DNA from: Cladosporium halotolerans
Taxonomy: Eukaryota
NCBI RefSeq assembly: GCF_011745625.1
Contig: NW_027191496.1
Location: forward strand, 1-64,000
Reading direction: 5' to 3'
Length of the DNA stretch: 64,000 nucleotides
Shown here piece after piece: positions 24,687 to 38,312 of this stretch (positions within the stretch are counted from its first letter, which is position 1; each line of letters starts with the position of its first letter). The notes under the pieces were generated by a model. It worked only from the letters and a program-made list of their open reading frames with translations, was not told the origin of the DNA and did not search any database. The translations under genes were made by a program, and so were the position numbers.

Positions 24687-26594
24687 TTAAGCCTGAACAG
24701 CACCAGCCTCCTGTTCAGGGGCAGTCTGCGTTTGGCTCTCGCCCATCTCGGCCCAATCACCCCAGAGACCACGCTTGCCCCTCACTCTGATCGGACCACC
24801 GAGCTCCTCGGTGCTTTGGTCCACCTTGATTGCGTCCTTGGTTCCGAGCACGAGCATCTCGAAGAAAAGTTTCGTGGCGTCTTGCTTGCTGGTAGTCTCC
24901 TCAGGGCACAAGTCTGTGAAGAAGGCCTCGGACTTTGTACGTTGGGAAAGAGTTGGGGTCTCGGTGGCGCTGACAGGGTAATCAGGAGCGAAGTGGTTAC
25001 GAAGGAGGTGGACGGCGGTCTTGGTGCCGAGTGAGACGGGGCCAGATTGGGACGGGTGGAGGAGAGGGGCTTCGGTTGTGTCGAAAGGGAGACCGGGGGA
25101 TGCAACAAAGTCTTCTTGCTCGTCATCGAATGCCGCAGGCTGCTCATCAGCAGCGCCTTGCAGTCCATCACTAAAGAGCGGTACTGCGCCGTCAGAGCGG
25201 AGTGTCGTCTCTGCGCCGAATTCGCCAGCGCCAGCGCCAGCCTGGAAGCCCTCGTCTTCAGGCAGTTCGAGCTGAGGAGTCGCCTGGCGCTCGCTTCCGG
25301 TCTCGACGTCCGCGACTCCACTGTCACGCTTGCGCTTTTCGCCAGCTTTGCGGACAACTTCAATGCTCAGTACACCGCGGAGCTCCGGTGCCCAGCCTTG
25401 CATTCTTCCATCGCCCATGATGTTAGAGACGAAACCACCGTTGCGTTGCATTTCCATAAGCTGAAGAAGAAGAGGGTCACGAGGAAGATAAGAGGGCGCA
25501 CGAGTGATAGCCGAGCGGTCATCTTGCTGCTTCTTGATCTGAGAGGTTTCCAGTTCGGTGGTGACATCTGGGGGGAGCACACGACGGCGCTTGACGCGCT
25601 GCGCGGCTTGGAGGACGGTGGGATCTTCTTCTTCCATTGCGGTTTGGTCGAGGCGGAAAGTGGGCTCGAGTTCGCGTTCGATGCTAGATCTAGCTTCAGA
25701 CAGAGGCGATTCGGACCGGCGAAGTCTCTGCTCGTTGGCGGCGTCCACACGAGCGAGGGCTGCGGCGTTCTCGGCTGCGATATCTTCGTTTCCACCGAGC
25801 GGGTAATCATCATCCATTCCAAGCATGGGGGCATCATCGTCGGCTGGGAGGGGTTTAGGGGTCGCGTTGTCTTGACCAATAGTAGTGTCGCCGAAACCCA
25901 TGTCAAGTCCAAGATCATCGTCCTCAAGCAGAGTGGGCTCGTCGCGTCTAGGAGTGGTTGCACGTCGTCCGATTTCAATGCTAGGTTCGTCGCCCAGTCC
26001 GAGGTCAAGATCCAAGTCGTCATCTTCGAGCTCGAGCATTGGCCTGGCAGTCTTTCGCGCAGGTGTCTGGCTTTCCGAAAGCATTTGTGTAGTGTCAAAA
26101 TCAAGCATGGTAGTGTCAGCGCCAAGTGCATTGGTAGTGTCTTGCAAGAGAAGATCGGGATCGGGCAGAGGTGCGAGCAGATCGAGTTCGGTAATTGTGT
26201 CGGGGAGGGTCAGCGCTCCTGCGGCAGCAGTGTGCGATTGGTTTGCGGGAAGGTCGACATTGCCAGGGCGAAAAGCCTAGAGGAGAATTAGCGGCTGCTA
26301 TGGAGTCACCGAGAGAAGGACAAAACTAACGTGTTTGATTTTCGTGAGCGCGTCGGAGCAATCGTCGAGAAGGTACCTAGCTTTCCTGCTGTAAATCCTG
26401 ACGACACCCAGCAAAAGCTGACCACTTAGGCGAAGAGCCATCGGCGCCTGGCCCTGGCCGATGATGTCCTTGACATTGTTCTCAAGATCGGACTGCAGTA
26501 CGTTCTGTTTTGTGAGCTTGCGCTCGAGGTTGGAAGCGAGCCAGACGCGCGCCAGAGGGCCGGTCTTGGCCAGGAGAGACTCGGAATAAAACAT
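24687..26594 (-). CDS. RAD21: Cohesin kleisin subunit Rad21/Scc1/Mcd1; intron 26277-26330
   Basis: MFYSESLLAKTGPLARVWLAS..ALRLSGQLLLGVVRIYSRKARYLLDDC N-domain; separase-type SIEIGR; C-terminal ATKLFFEMLVL winged helix. Confidence 0.96.
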
Positions 26595-27278
26595 GTTGAT
26601 AGCTGGAGGTTGAAACGGATGTAGGCGACTCTATCGGTAAGTGCGCCGGTCGACAAAGGTCTGGTGGTGGTGGATTGCAGGCTTTGCGCCTAGACGGAGC
26701 GCGTCGTTGTTGATGTGATGACGCGCCCGTCGCGTGCGGTCGCGCTCGATGTAACGCGCGTGTGATTCCAGATATCTATACCATCCCAAGCAGCAGCGAT
26801 ATCGTGATAGCAGAAGCACAGAGCGGCGAAAGCAAACGGGCCGAGCGTGCGCGGTGGGTGGTTTAGGTGGGTTGTAGTAGTGGGAGGCAGTTGGAGAGGC
26901 TGGGTCGGCGCGTTGTTGGCTCAAAGCAAGCCAAGCAAATGGAGGTGGCAGGCAGCTGGGCTTCTGCAGGAAGATCCCCGGATGATGCCTCGCCGGATCA
27001 GGCATCCAGGCCGCCACCTCCTACGTAGCCCTAAAGCCAATGCTACCTGACGCGGATCGCCTTCACGTTTACGGACCGTCCATGATCTACCTCCTACGCC
27101 CTCGCTAGCGAACGTTGCGTGTTTGTCTTGCCCCCCCCTACGGCCTGTCATCGCCTGCTGGATGCTGCCGGTAAATTTTGCAGGACGACAACGCCAACCA
27201 GATTCCTCTTCGACTCCTGCCCTGCATCAGGAGCACTGACCTGGCCTTTCCCTGCCGGGCCTGGATGGCGGCGAGAAT

Positions 27279-30200
27279 ATGTCCACAAACTCGTCCCAGT
27301 CGCTCCCACAGTACAATGAGCAGCCTCCGTCGCATGCCGCGCGATCCCTCACACCACACCCTCCCGAGGAGCAGTTAAAAGGTCACACTCGCGCAAAAAG
27401 CAGGCTGAAAGTCGCCGGACAACAATCCATCACCTCTGAGCACGCGACACTTTCAGCTGACCAGGTTGCCGATCGCCTGTCGACATCTCTAACGCATGGA
27501 CTTCATCCGTCGGATGCTACTACGCGATGGCACGTTCAAGGACCGAACGAGCTACCACACGAGGAACCAGAGCCGCTATGGCTTCGCTTTGTCAAGCAAT
27601 TTCAGGAGACACTCATCCTGCTCCTGCTGGCAAGCGCGGCTATCTCAGCCATCATGGGCAATTATGAGGATGCTATAAGCATCGCGGTCGCTGTGACTAT
27701 CGTTGTGACGGTGGCGTTCATTCAGGAGTACCGGAGTGAAAAGAGCTTGGAAGCATTAAACCAGCTGGTCCCGCACAGCGCGCATGTCATTCGGAGCAAC
27801 GTCGCTAGTGGAAAGAGCGAGCAGCCTCCCGCATCGCAAGAGAATGGACATACAAAAGGGCCTGGCACTGCAGATTTTCCTGCTGCGGAGAAGGCGAGCA
27901 CAGATATCTCTGCGTCGCAACTGGTTACGGGTGACCTGGTGCTGTTTTCCACGGGAGATCGAGTACCAGCAGATATTCGGATAACTCACGCGGCTGATCT
28001 CACGATCGATGAGAGCAATCTCACTGGAGAAAACGAGCCGGTGCACAAAGTCTCGGAGACGCTATCCAGGACAGCCAGCCAAAATGGTTCTCTCACTCCT
28101 CACTATTCGCAACGCGCTTCTGATCTTCGCCTCAACGAGCAAACCAACATCGCATTCATGGGCACGCTTGTTCGCTCGGGATACGGTCAGGGCATCGTTA
28201 TCAGCACTGGTGGTGACACCGAGTTCGGTGCTATCAGTGCATCTCTTCAAGAAATCGAAAGCCCGAGGACGCCGCTACAGCTCTCTATGGATCGTCTCGG
28301 CAAGGACTTGAGTTACATGTCATTTGGTGTCATTGGACTGATCATGCTGGTTGGTATGTGGCGCGGCAGGAAATTCCTGGAGCTTTTTCAAATCGGCGTA
28401 TCTCTGGCAGTGGCTGCGATTCCGGAAGGTCTACCTATCATCGTCACGGTAACCCTGGCACTCGGTGTCCTTCGTATGAGCAAGAGGAATGCTATCGTGC
28501 GCCGGTTGCCTAGCGTTGAGACATTGGGCAGCGTAAATGTGGTGTGTAGCGACAAGACTGGCACGCTCACCATGAACCACATGACGGTCGCCAAGCTTTG
28601 GGCTTTTGGAGACGAGACACCAAAAGATGCCAAAGCTGTCCACAGAGATACCCCCAACACACCACAGACCCAGAGGATCATTAGGGTGGCGAACATCGTC
28701 AACAACGCACGTCTGAACAGCGGCGTTTCTGGCGGTGCAACGACAGCCGCTACCGCCGCCGTCCTGGCTAGTACCGGTGGCGACGACGCGAACAACGTTA
28801 GAAGCAGGTGGACTGGCCAGCCCACAGATGTGGCTTGCCTCGACCTCATCGATGCTTTTGGTGAGCATGATGTTCGAGAGCGAATTGGAGAGCGCAAACA
28901 GGAAACTCCTTTCTCCAGCGAACGGAAGTGGATGGGTTGTGTCATTGAAGGCCAGGGTGGTGAAGATATCGCGTACATCAAAGGTGCTCTCGAGAGGGTT
29001 CTTGGCCGGTGCGATACGTACCTCACCGACCAGGGTGGCGAGGTTGTTCTCGATGAGAAGCGCAAGGCAGAAGTTAACGTCGCTGCCACAAAGATGGCTG
29101 AAGATGGTCTTCGAGTATTGGCTTTCGCTTCTGGACCTGCCCGGTCCGGCAAGCCATCTCTCAACCGCTCTCGTACCAATGGTTCCAGCACTCCAGCAAG
29201 CCAGTCAGACCCGGATACGATCTACAGTGGCTTGACTTTCGCTGGTCTTGTCGGCATGTCTGATCCGCCGCGTCCTGGCGTTGACCGAAGCATTCGCCGA
29301 CTAATTGCTGGTGGCGTGAAGGTAATCATGATCACTGGTGATGCCGACATCACAGCTGTCGCGATTGCTAAGAGACTGGGCATGCCTATCAACATGTCTT
29401 CCGCTCTTGGCTCTCCTGTTCTCAGAGGCGATCAGCTCGACCACATGAGTGAGTCCGAACTTGCAGAGGCTATGAACAGAGTTTCTATCTTTGCGCGAAC
29501 CAGCCCCGACCACAAGCTCAAGATCATCGACGCATTGCAAAGGCGCGGCGATGTCGTGGCTATGACTGGTGACGGTGTCAACGACGCCCCTGCCTTGAAG
29601 AAGGCTGATATTGGCATCAGCATGGGCAAATTAGGCACTGACGTGGCGAAGGAGGCTGCTGACATGATTCTTACCGATGACGATTTCAGCACCATCCTCA
29701 GCGCGATCGAGGAGGGGAAGGGCATTTTCCACAACATCCAGAACTTCCTGACCTTCCAGTTGAGCACTAGTGCTGCTGCTCTGGGCTTGGTCATGTTCAG
29801 CAGTCTGGGCGGCTGGCGCAATCCTCTCAATGCCATGCAAATCCTGTGGATCAGTAAGTACTATTGCAGCAGGATTTTCATACCACCTGCTAACAAATTT
29901 CTTAGATATCCTCATGGATGGCCCCCCTGCCCAGTCTCTCGGCGTCGAACCAGTCGACCCAGCCCTCCTCCGCGAGGGACCTCGTCCACGCAATGCCCGC
30001 GTCCTCCAACCCCGCCTAATCCGCCGTGTCCTTCAATCTGCCGTTGTCATCATGCTCGGCACTCTCTTCACCTACGTCTCCAACCTCACGAACGAAGACC
30101 TCCTCGAGCACTCGGTCTCCGACCGCGACACAACTCTGACTTTCACCCAATTCGTCCTTTTCGACATGGTGAACGCTCTCGCATGTCGTTCATCAACCAA

Positions 30201-30477
30201 ATCGGTCCTTGCCGGCGAAGTCCCGCTCTGGGGCAAAGGCGCGAACAAGATGTTCAACTACGCTGTCCTCGGCAGTCTGCTCGGCCAAGGCCTCGTCATC
30301 TATTTCCCTCCTCTGCAACGTGTCTTCCAGACGGAGGCACTGGGTCTCATGGACTTAATCAAGCTAGTTTCCATGGCTAGTCTCGTTCTGTGGGTCGACG
30401 AGGCCAGGAAATGGTACGCGAGGAAAGGAGGTGTAGGCGGCCTCGGTAGGGGTGGAGGATACAGTTCGCGAGTGTAA
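27279..30477 (+). CDS. PMR1: Golgi Ca2+/Mn2+ P-type ATPase; intron 29854-29905
   Basis: [36 protein letters not shown]; spliced [22 protein letters not shown] typical of SPCA/Pmr1. Confidence 0.96.
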
Positions 30478-31591
30478 AATATTATATATGCATCTAGAAA
30501 CGGTAATGTACTGCATGATGTGGGATGATGGATGTACCCGCGTCTGTTGCTAACGTTTTTTTCTTTTTCTTTTTCCTTGGGAATCCATAGGCGACAAAGC
30601 AATGCACACGGCTTCTATCGCGGCCTTCAATGAGACCACGGGTCATCCGTCCCGGAGAAGGGATGGCAATCAGACACGTTCACAATCGATCTCACAGAAT
30701 CATCGCAGCTGGGACCTCCAACCCCGCTATACCCTCACCATTTCCAAGGCCAAGATTCCAGCGAGAGCAGTCACATCACCGACCGGTATACGACGGAGCG
30801 TCCGCTTCATGTCACGAGTACGAACATGCTGTGATTGATGACAGGACCTTGACAAACTTACAGGCAAGCGCCAGCAGCCTTGCATAGAGACCGATGATGA
30901 CAGCTCGAGCCTGGGTCATGTCTTTACATATGATTCATGAGATTCTAGCAAACGTAGATTTTGGTATGATTCGAATGTTTGAAATGGCGCTCTATGATAG
31001 CAGGCTTGCCACACGAGCAAGCAGTGGTGCTACTATTTATGTGTCGAAGGCCGTCAGTCAATGCGCTTAACCCATGCCGCAGTGCTGGCAATGTCTCAAT
31101 TGGGCCTATGTTCTCCTCGTTACGAATTAGAGTTGGCGTTAAAGGCTCCACGGACCTAAGGAAAGGTGCATTGTTGAGTGTCGATAGTATCGACCCTACA
31201 CAACGTCTGTCCTATCGATTACTTACTTTATATGCATTGAAAGTATTACAAAGAGCTCTAACTATGATGTCGCGATTGACGAGTAGTTTATGTCAGTCTC
31301 ATTCAAAACACATGCGATCATGCAACGAGCAGCAGGTTCTGGAACTACGACAGCGCAATAATCGAGGCAATGACGGTGCCAATAACGCAAGCATCCAGCA
31401 CGACGTTTGCCCGTCTCTAGTCAATACCCTCTTCACGGCCTTCAATGACAGCCATGTTGGCTCCTCCAACTATAAATGCAATTCGACTCACGCACTCGGG
31501 CCTCTTCGCTCGCTCTATCTACTAATCCCCACAATCACCTTCTACCAAGACTGCCATATCGATCAACGTCAGCAATATCACGTCACTGATA

Positions 31592-32401
31592 ATGGCAGGC
31601 TCACCTGATCCGAAGTAAGATCATGAGAAGCTTAAGCTCAATATGGTCGTATACTGACGCTCGCAATGACCTTCTGACAGGAAAGAAATCACGGAAGCCC
31701 AAGATCCCATGTCGACAGACCACCACGCTTCTTTCCCCGCCGAGCAGCCTGATCACGGTACACAGCATCTTGCAACATCTATGCAAGAGCCTGTTTCTGC
31801 AATGTACACCAGCGAACGCATCTTTGAAGACGATGCTGCGTCCGAGCTTTGTGGTAGTCCGAGACTGAAGAAGGCTACTGCCAGTCTCAAGATCACCACC
31901 GATCAGTCTTCGGTCGCTGAGAGTCACGAAGGACCTTTCCTGAACCTGATCGAAGGTGACACCCACTGCCAGGATCCGCGCCTTTTATCGGGCAGTGAGC
32001 TTGCGAATTCCGAAAACCAGCCACCCCCTTATGATGCGCCTCAATCCACGAACCAGCCCGAACACGTCAACTTACTTCGCTCGGGTGTGGGAGAAATCGT
32101 TGAATACGTCGAAAATATCCAAATCCACGCGGCGGGCAACATTGGACGAGTGCTCGAGGATCTGGAAAATCTCTACGGCCAGCAGATTGAGCTGTCCGCC
32201 AGACGCGATTTCTTGAGAGCCGCAATCTTGAGATTGGAGCTCAGGCTCCGTATGGAGGATCTGTTAAACGGCAGCAGTGAAAGCATCGGTGTAGACAGAC
32301 TCACCGGACCGCTTCTCACACCAGGCGGCGTCTCTCCTCAGTCTTCAGAATCAGGTACTGATTCACAGGAAGGTTTGCAGCCGGCTAGGGAGGCCCTGTG
32401 A
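31592..32401 (+). CDS. Hypothetical orphan protein (about 247 aa); intron 31615-31680
   Basis: Exon MAGSPDP(K) with GTAAGA donor, TACTGAC branch point and CAG acceptor joins in frame to ORF 31709; TATAAA at ~31471. Confidence 0.6.
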
Positions 32402-32734
32402 CTTGATCTCAGACCGCACTCTTCAGACTCTCCGGCGGCGAGGGACGATCAGCTTGGTGATATCAATCAATCAACTCCGCTACTAGAGTCCGTTACCTTT
32501 CCGAGGAAGCATGGAATCATAACTGGGCTTGACAATGGCAGGCGTAGGTGGAGGCCTCTCGATCTTTTAGAATAGCGACGTCAGAGCTCCATACAGACTA
32601 AGCCCGTCGTTACTGTCCTACAGGCTGCAAATGGGGCTACTGCCGGTTTTGTCGTGGCATAAAGTACGATTGCTAGGCTCAAAAAGGGCTCGAAATCTGC
32701 GACTGCCGAGATCTATCCATGAGAAGATTAAGCT

Positions 32735-34437
32735 TTACCATATCAAATCTTTAACCACTCTCTCTGCCACTTCCAGCATCTTCTCTTCCTGCAGCCGCCT
32801 TCCTGCAAGCTGCAGGCTGATAGGCATACCGTGCACAGCTGCTGCATCGTAATCTTTCGCGGTAGTCTCATCCATGTCATTCAGGGGTTTGAAGTCTGCC
32901 GGTACCACGTCCAGATTCTTGTCGGCATGTAAGCCCGTCGGGAAAGACACGGCGGTGTAATCGAGGATGTTGAACACGCCAGTGTACCCGACGTACTTGA
33001 ACTGACCGTTCTTCACGGCAGCGTACGGCGTCGTGGGCAAGAGAATTGCATCGACGCCACCGCTCGTGGCCCACTTGTCGAGATACATTTTGCCCAAGTC
33101 TGTGCGCTGTCTCTGCAATTGCCACAGATCGTAGACTCCGAGTTCATTAGCTGCCTCGTAAGCTGCCATTTCCGGGCGCCAGGGCTCGTTGGCCGCTTCG
33201 AGGATCTTCTTGATGCTCTTGCCACCATCAGCCGTGAAGAATATTGCGAGGAGCTCCAGAGCAGTCTTGTGGCCTCTGGCGTCCCATTCAACAACCTCAT
33301 GGCCGCGTTCCTTGAGCCGAGCGGCAACTTCTCGCAGAGCCCGCGTAACAGGCGGCGTAGGCTGGACAACATCGTCGTGCCACAACACGGCGATCTTGAG
33401 ACGCTCTGGAAGAGTCACAGGACGCCATGGTATCTCGATGCATTTAGGGTCCTTCAGCCAGGGGCGAGCGTTCACGACGTTCTCGGCAAAAAGCTTGAGG
33501 TCCGCGATGGAACGAGCCATTGGTCCGTGGACGCTGCCGACTGCTTCCTGGCCAGCCATGCCGCTACGAGCATCGAAGTGAGGGAATCTGCCATACGAAG
33601 GGCGAATGGTGAAAATGCCAGTCATTGCTGCAGGGATCCTCAGAGATCCACCAATGTCTGTGCCCACGCCCAGCGGGCTACCGAATGCTGTGATCAATGC
33701 GGACTCGCCACCAGAGGAGCCACCTGAAGTGAGCATTCGGTTGCGAGGGTTTACTGTTCTGCTTTTTGTTAGATCTTGGATGTTTGTTCCATTAGGGCTT
33801 GGTAATCCGTACCTTCCGTAGCAATTATTGACAGACTCTGCAATCATCATAGCAGTAGGCACGTTCGTTTTAACGTATGCGACGGCTCCCAAGTCTCTCA
33901 AAATTCCTACGATGGTACTTTCATGCTTCATGGGCTCATCTGCCCAAGCACAAAAGCCGGTGGCACTGGTCTTGCCAATGATGTTGAAGTTGTCTTTCAG
34001 TGAGATAGGGAGGCCATGAAGCGGACCTACAGTCTTTCCGGTACGTTTGAGATGGTCGTCCAAATGTTTCGCACGGTCAATCGCATCATCGAACATCATC
34101 ACAGTCAGACAATTGGTCTACAAACTTCTTAGCGGAGAATGGAATTCAGGTTTGAGATGTTTCGTACCAATTGATGGGTGATTGCCGCTCTTTTGCAAAA
34201 CGCTCTTGTGACATCTTCTGCTTTCCACTCGCCTACCGCAATGTGTTTGACGATGTCAGTAGCAGAAGAAGTGGTAATTGCGATATCACGCTCGGAAAAC
34301 AAGCCTGACTTGTATGGAAAGTCCATAACATCGGCCTGTTCTGCAGGAGGAAGCTTGTCTGAAGGAATTCGCCATTGAGATGGAATTGAAGCATCCAGCC
34401 TGGCACAGGCTTGCTGGCTGATTTCTTCCCAGGTCAT
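32735..34437 (-). CDS. Amidase-signature family enzyme (acetamidase/FAAH-like); introns 34118-34167 and 33759-33812
   Basis: PLHGLPISLKD, GGSSGGE, GTDIGGSLRIPA (Lys-cisSer-Ser triad). Confidence 0.94.
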
Positions 34438-36026
34438 ATCGAATCAATGAAGATGAAGTCGAAGCAGTGTGAGACAATCGTGGAGTTGTCGGATTGGATG
34501 AGTCCGAAGTCGAGAGAAAGCTGGGCGTTGAGACTGATACTGCAGCAGTCAATAGCACCGTTCCGTATACGGTTCTTCAGTGATGTCTATCTATGAGCTG
34601 TCACTACAAACAATCTGCGTGTATGTTCGTGCCTTCGGCATCTGCCTCGCCTATGGATGTGGGTACAGGACGCGAAGGCGGCGGGGTCGAGCTTTGCCGA
34701 AGGACCGAGCCATGCCAGCAACCTTCCTCGTTATCACCCGTGACCTCTCAGTGTGCCAGCCATACCTCAACACCGTGGTCGCAGACTTCGCCATTCTCAA
34801 AAGGCAGCGATTGAATGGCCTCGGCCATAGCATAAGCGTGAATCACCTCGAAGAAGGACACAACAGCCCGCCAGGTCCACATTGCGTGCGCTGTAGTGTG
34901 CCTTCTCTGGGATCAAAACATACAAATCTGCACGACTGACCATTCTAATAATAAATTTGGAGTCCTATCGCGTACCCGAAATCTTGTAGGCTTGGGAAGG
35001 CGTCGATACGTTCTAGTATATCTGAAATGTTCTCCTTGTGGAAATCTGGTTCCGAAAGCCAATGGAACCTCAAAGGTAGTAGCACATAAATTGTTTTTTC
35101 TTTCTACAAAATAGAGATCATCAAAAATAATCGACTCTATCATGGAACTTCATGGACCTCAACCTTTCCGACGAGCGGTAGTCATGATATATCGATATGT
35201 CTGATCGAGCATGCGACACAAACCTCCCTCTAAGCTCGTGCCTTACTTACACATGCATCGACAAAGATTGTCATCCATCTCAAATCGGTCCGAATGAGCG
35301 TTCGCATTCATTTCCTTGTCTTTCTTGGAAATCCTTGGACTTCCTCTCGTCTGCCGAACCAGAGCCAGCATTCCCGCCCCCGCTATCATGCCCAGAAAGA
35401 TCCCCGCTCAGTCAGGCTGCACCTGCGACATCACCGCTCTTCCATATCCACGATCTCGCATCAATTCATATCCACGTAGAGGCATGTCTTTGGCCTGCTC
35501 TGAAGCTTGACGGTTCTGCGACAGATGCGTTGCCCTTCGCCACAATGGCATAGCCGTGGTTCAGTCCCGACGGCCCTTTTCATCTGGAAGATGGGACTGC
35601 TCGGCGACTTCCATTCCCTCAAGCTACATTTCAAGGTCTCGGCGCCAATATGCGCTCCGTCCAAGCGTACTATAATCCTTTGATCCACTCTTTTCCCATG
35701 GGGTTGGCCACCAAGGTTTAGACCCCATGGCACACCACGCGCGCCGACATGGCACCGCGCGAGTGTGATCGTATGCCGCTCACGGAATCCCATTCTACGC
35801 CATGTGACCGCATAGGCTTGACAAAATTGGTCTGGTCAGAAATCACCGGCATCCTTGGTGCTTGAGTCCCGCAGACTCTGTGCTCTCGCTGTCAGAATAC
35901 TTATTCAACAATGGTGCCCCCACTGTGAGCTGCAGCATCGGCTCCTGCCTGAGACCCCTATCAGAACCGTACTCTTGTCTTCTCCCTCACGACGCAAACC
36001 CATCGAAGTCGGAATCGATTGTCAAA

Positions 36027-38193
36027 ATGGGCATCCGTCTGAAGAAGCCCGACGATGTGGCGGGTGCCGTGCGTTGACATACTGCTCCTCTTTTTATTGC
36101 AGTCGCGATCGCTGACTTCTAGCAGGCATGGCCTGCCATTGCTGTAGGTCTGTTCGTCGCGTTCGGCGGAGTGCTGTTCGGCTACGATACTGGCACTATC
36201 AGTGGTATCCTGGCTATGCCTTAGGTGGGTACTCAAGATGCTAGATAATCGTCCGATCATACCTGACTGACAAAACGCCTCCAGTGAGACTGTCAGACCG
36301 TAGCGTCGCTCCATAGCGTACTGACAAGAGACCTTCTAGCTGGCAAAATTCGTTCTCTACTGGTAACAACGAAGCCATCACCGCTCCACAAGAGTCCCTG
36401 ATCGTTTCCATTCTCTCGGCAGGAACGTTCTTCGGTGCCTTGTTCGCCGCCCCAGTCGCCGATAACCTAGGCCGTCGATGGGGTATCATCAGTAGCTGCG
36501 CTATCGTATTCAACCTCGGAGTCATCTTGCAGACAGTGACGACTGGAAGTCAAGAGATTTTTGTCGCTGGCCGTTTTTTTGCCGGGTTGGGCGTCGGGTT
36601 GATCTCTGCGATGGTGCCACTGTACCAGTCTGAAACCTCACCTAAATGGATACGAGGCACGATTGTCGGAGCATATCAGCTTGCTATCACCATTGGATTG
36701 TTTCTTGCGGCCATTGTCAATTATGCGACAAGGAACCGCAATGATACGGGGTCTTATAGGATCCCAATTGCGGTCCAGTTCGCTTGGTCCATCATCATCT
36801 GCATTGGACTATTCTTTCTGCCCGAGACGCCGCGCTTCCTCATCAAACAAGACAAGCATGAACAGGTGAACCAACGCCCCAACATTTTTGGCGATAAGTG
36901 TCACGATCCTGATCTCATTATAGGCCGCCAAAGCGCTCGCAAAGCTGCGTCGACTTCCCACAGATCACCCAGCTATCGTTGAGGAGCTTGCTGAGGTTGC
37001 AGCCAACCACAAGTCCGTCAAGATTGAACTCAATGCCCAGAAAGACTACTGACCAAATTGGCAGCTACGAGATGAGTATTTCGAAGGCCACATATTTGGA
37101 TTGCTTCCGTGGCAACATTGGCAAACGTCTCTTGACTGGTTGTCTGCTTCAGGTAAGCTATTCTATCTGAATTTCACTGCTTTATTAAACCGCGACAGAT
37201 CGGTTAACGCAAATCAGGCTCTGCAACAATTGACTGGTGTGAATTTCATTTTCTATTACGGCACAGGTGCGTCAATGCCACCCTCGCAGTAGTGTATTGC
37301 GTAGAGCCTGTCCTCCTGACACACCTGCAGCTTACTTCGAGCGTTCCGGCTTCCAAAACCCATTCATCATTCAAGTCATCACTAAGTGAGTCGACTTGCC
37401 CGATATGAAATCCCTCCGCGACTAACGAAGGGTCAGCTGCGTCAACGTCGTCTCGACATTCCCTGGCCTTTACTTGGTCGAAAAGATGGGTCGCCGCAAC
37501 CTGCTCCTCATGGGTGCGGCCGGCATGGCCGTCTGCCAATTCATTGTCGCCATCACAGGAACAGTGGCCGGCACGTCCGATCTTCCTGCTCAGCAGACCG
37601 CTATCGCCTTCGTCTGCATTTACATCTTCTTCTTTGCGAGCTCCTGGGGTCCGGTTGCTTGGGTCGTGACGGGAGAGCTGTTCCCGCTCAAAGTCCGCGC
37701 CAAGTGCCTCTCCATGGTGAGTATTCCAAGTTGGAGGTCTATTGCAGTCGAGAGTACCACTGACATTTACTCAAGACTACCGCGACGAACTGGCTTCTGA
37801 ACTTCATCATCGCCTTTGTGACACCGTACATGGTCGACGAGGACCAAGGGAACTTGCAATCTCGCGTGTTCTTCATCTGGGGTTCTTTCTGGTGAGTCCA
37901 CTATAAAACAATTGTTGGGGTTTAGAACACCCGCTAACTAGATATTCAGCTTCGTATGCATCGCTTTCGTCTGGGCAATGATATACGAGACCAAGGGCCT
38001 GGCGCTCGAGCAGGTCGACGAGTTGTACGGTCTAGTCTCGAAGGCGTGGAAGAGCAAGAGTTTCCGCCCTGCTCTCTCTTTCCAGGAAGTTCAAGAGTCT
38101 GGTATCGGCGAAAAGAAGGGTAGTCTGGCCGAATTTGAGAGGAGGCGGAGCTCGGTTGCTGTACAGCAGGAGAATGTTGAGACAGGAAAGTGA
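36027..38193 (+). CDS. MFS sugar porter / high-affinity hexose transporter; introns 36069-36125, stwintron 36224-36339, 36866-36923, 37013-37064, 37153-37217, 37267-37330, 37386-37436, 37717-37775, and a last intron ending 37949
   Basis: Spliced: FGGVLFGYDTG, DNLGRR, PLYQSETSPKWIRG, PETPR, QQLTGVNFIFYYG, WGPVAWV, YETKG. Confidence 0.93.
36224..36339 (+). other. [D1,2] spliceosomal twin intron (stwintron)
   Basis: G|GTGGGT..CTGAC..CCAG|TGAGAC..TACTGAC..CTAG; excising 36225-36284 creates donor GTGAGA for a 56-nt outer intron and restores codon TA/C (Tyr). Confidence 0.85.
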
Positions 38194-38312
38194 ATGTGGA
38201 AATTGTATACTGTAGGGTATGGAGAAAGAGGCGCATGGCATACGCTTCACGGAACCTGCATAGGGTATTATGGCTATTCGTCTAAGGCGGTAGCTCACCA
38301 CGAGATCTCAAC

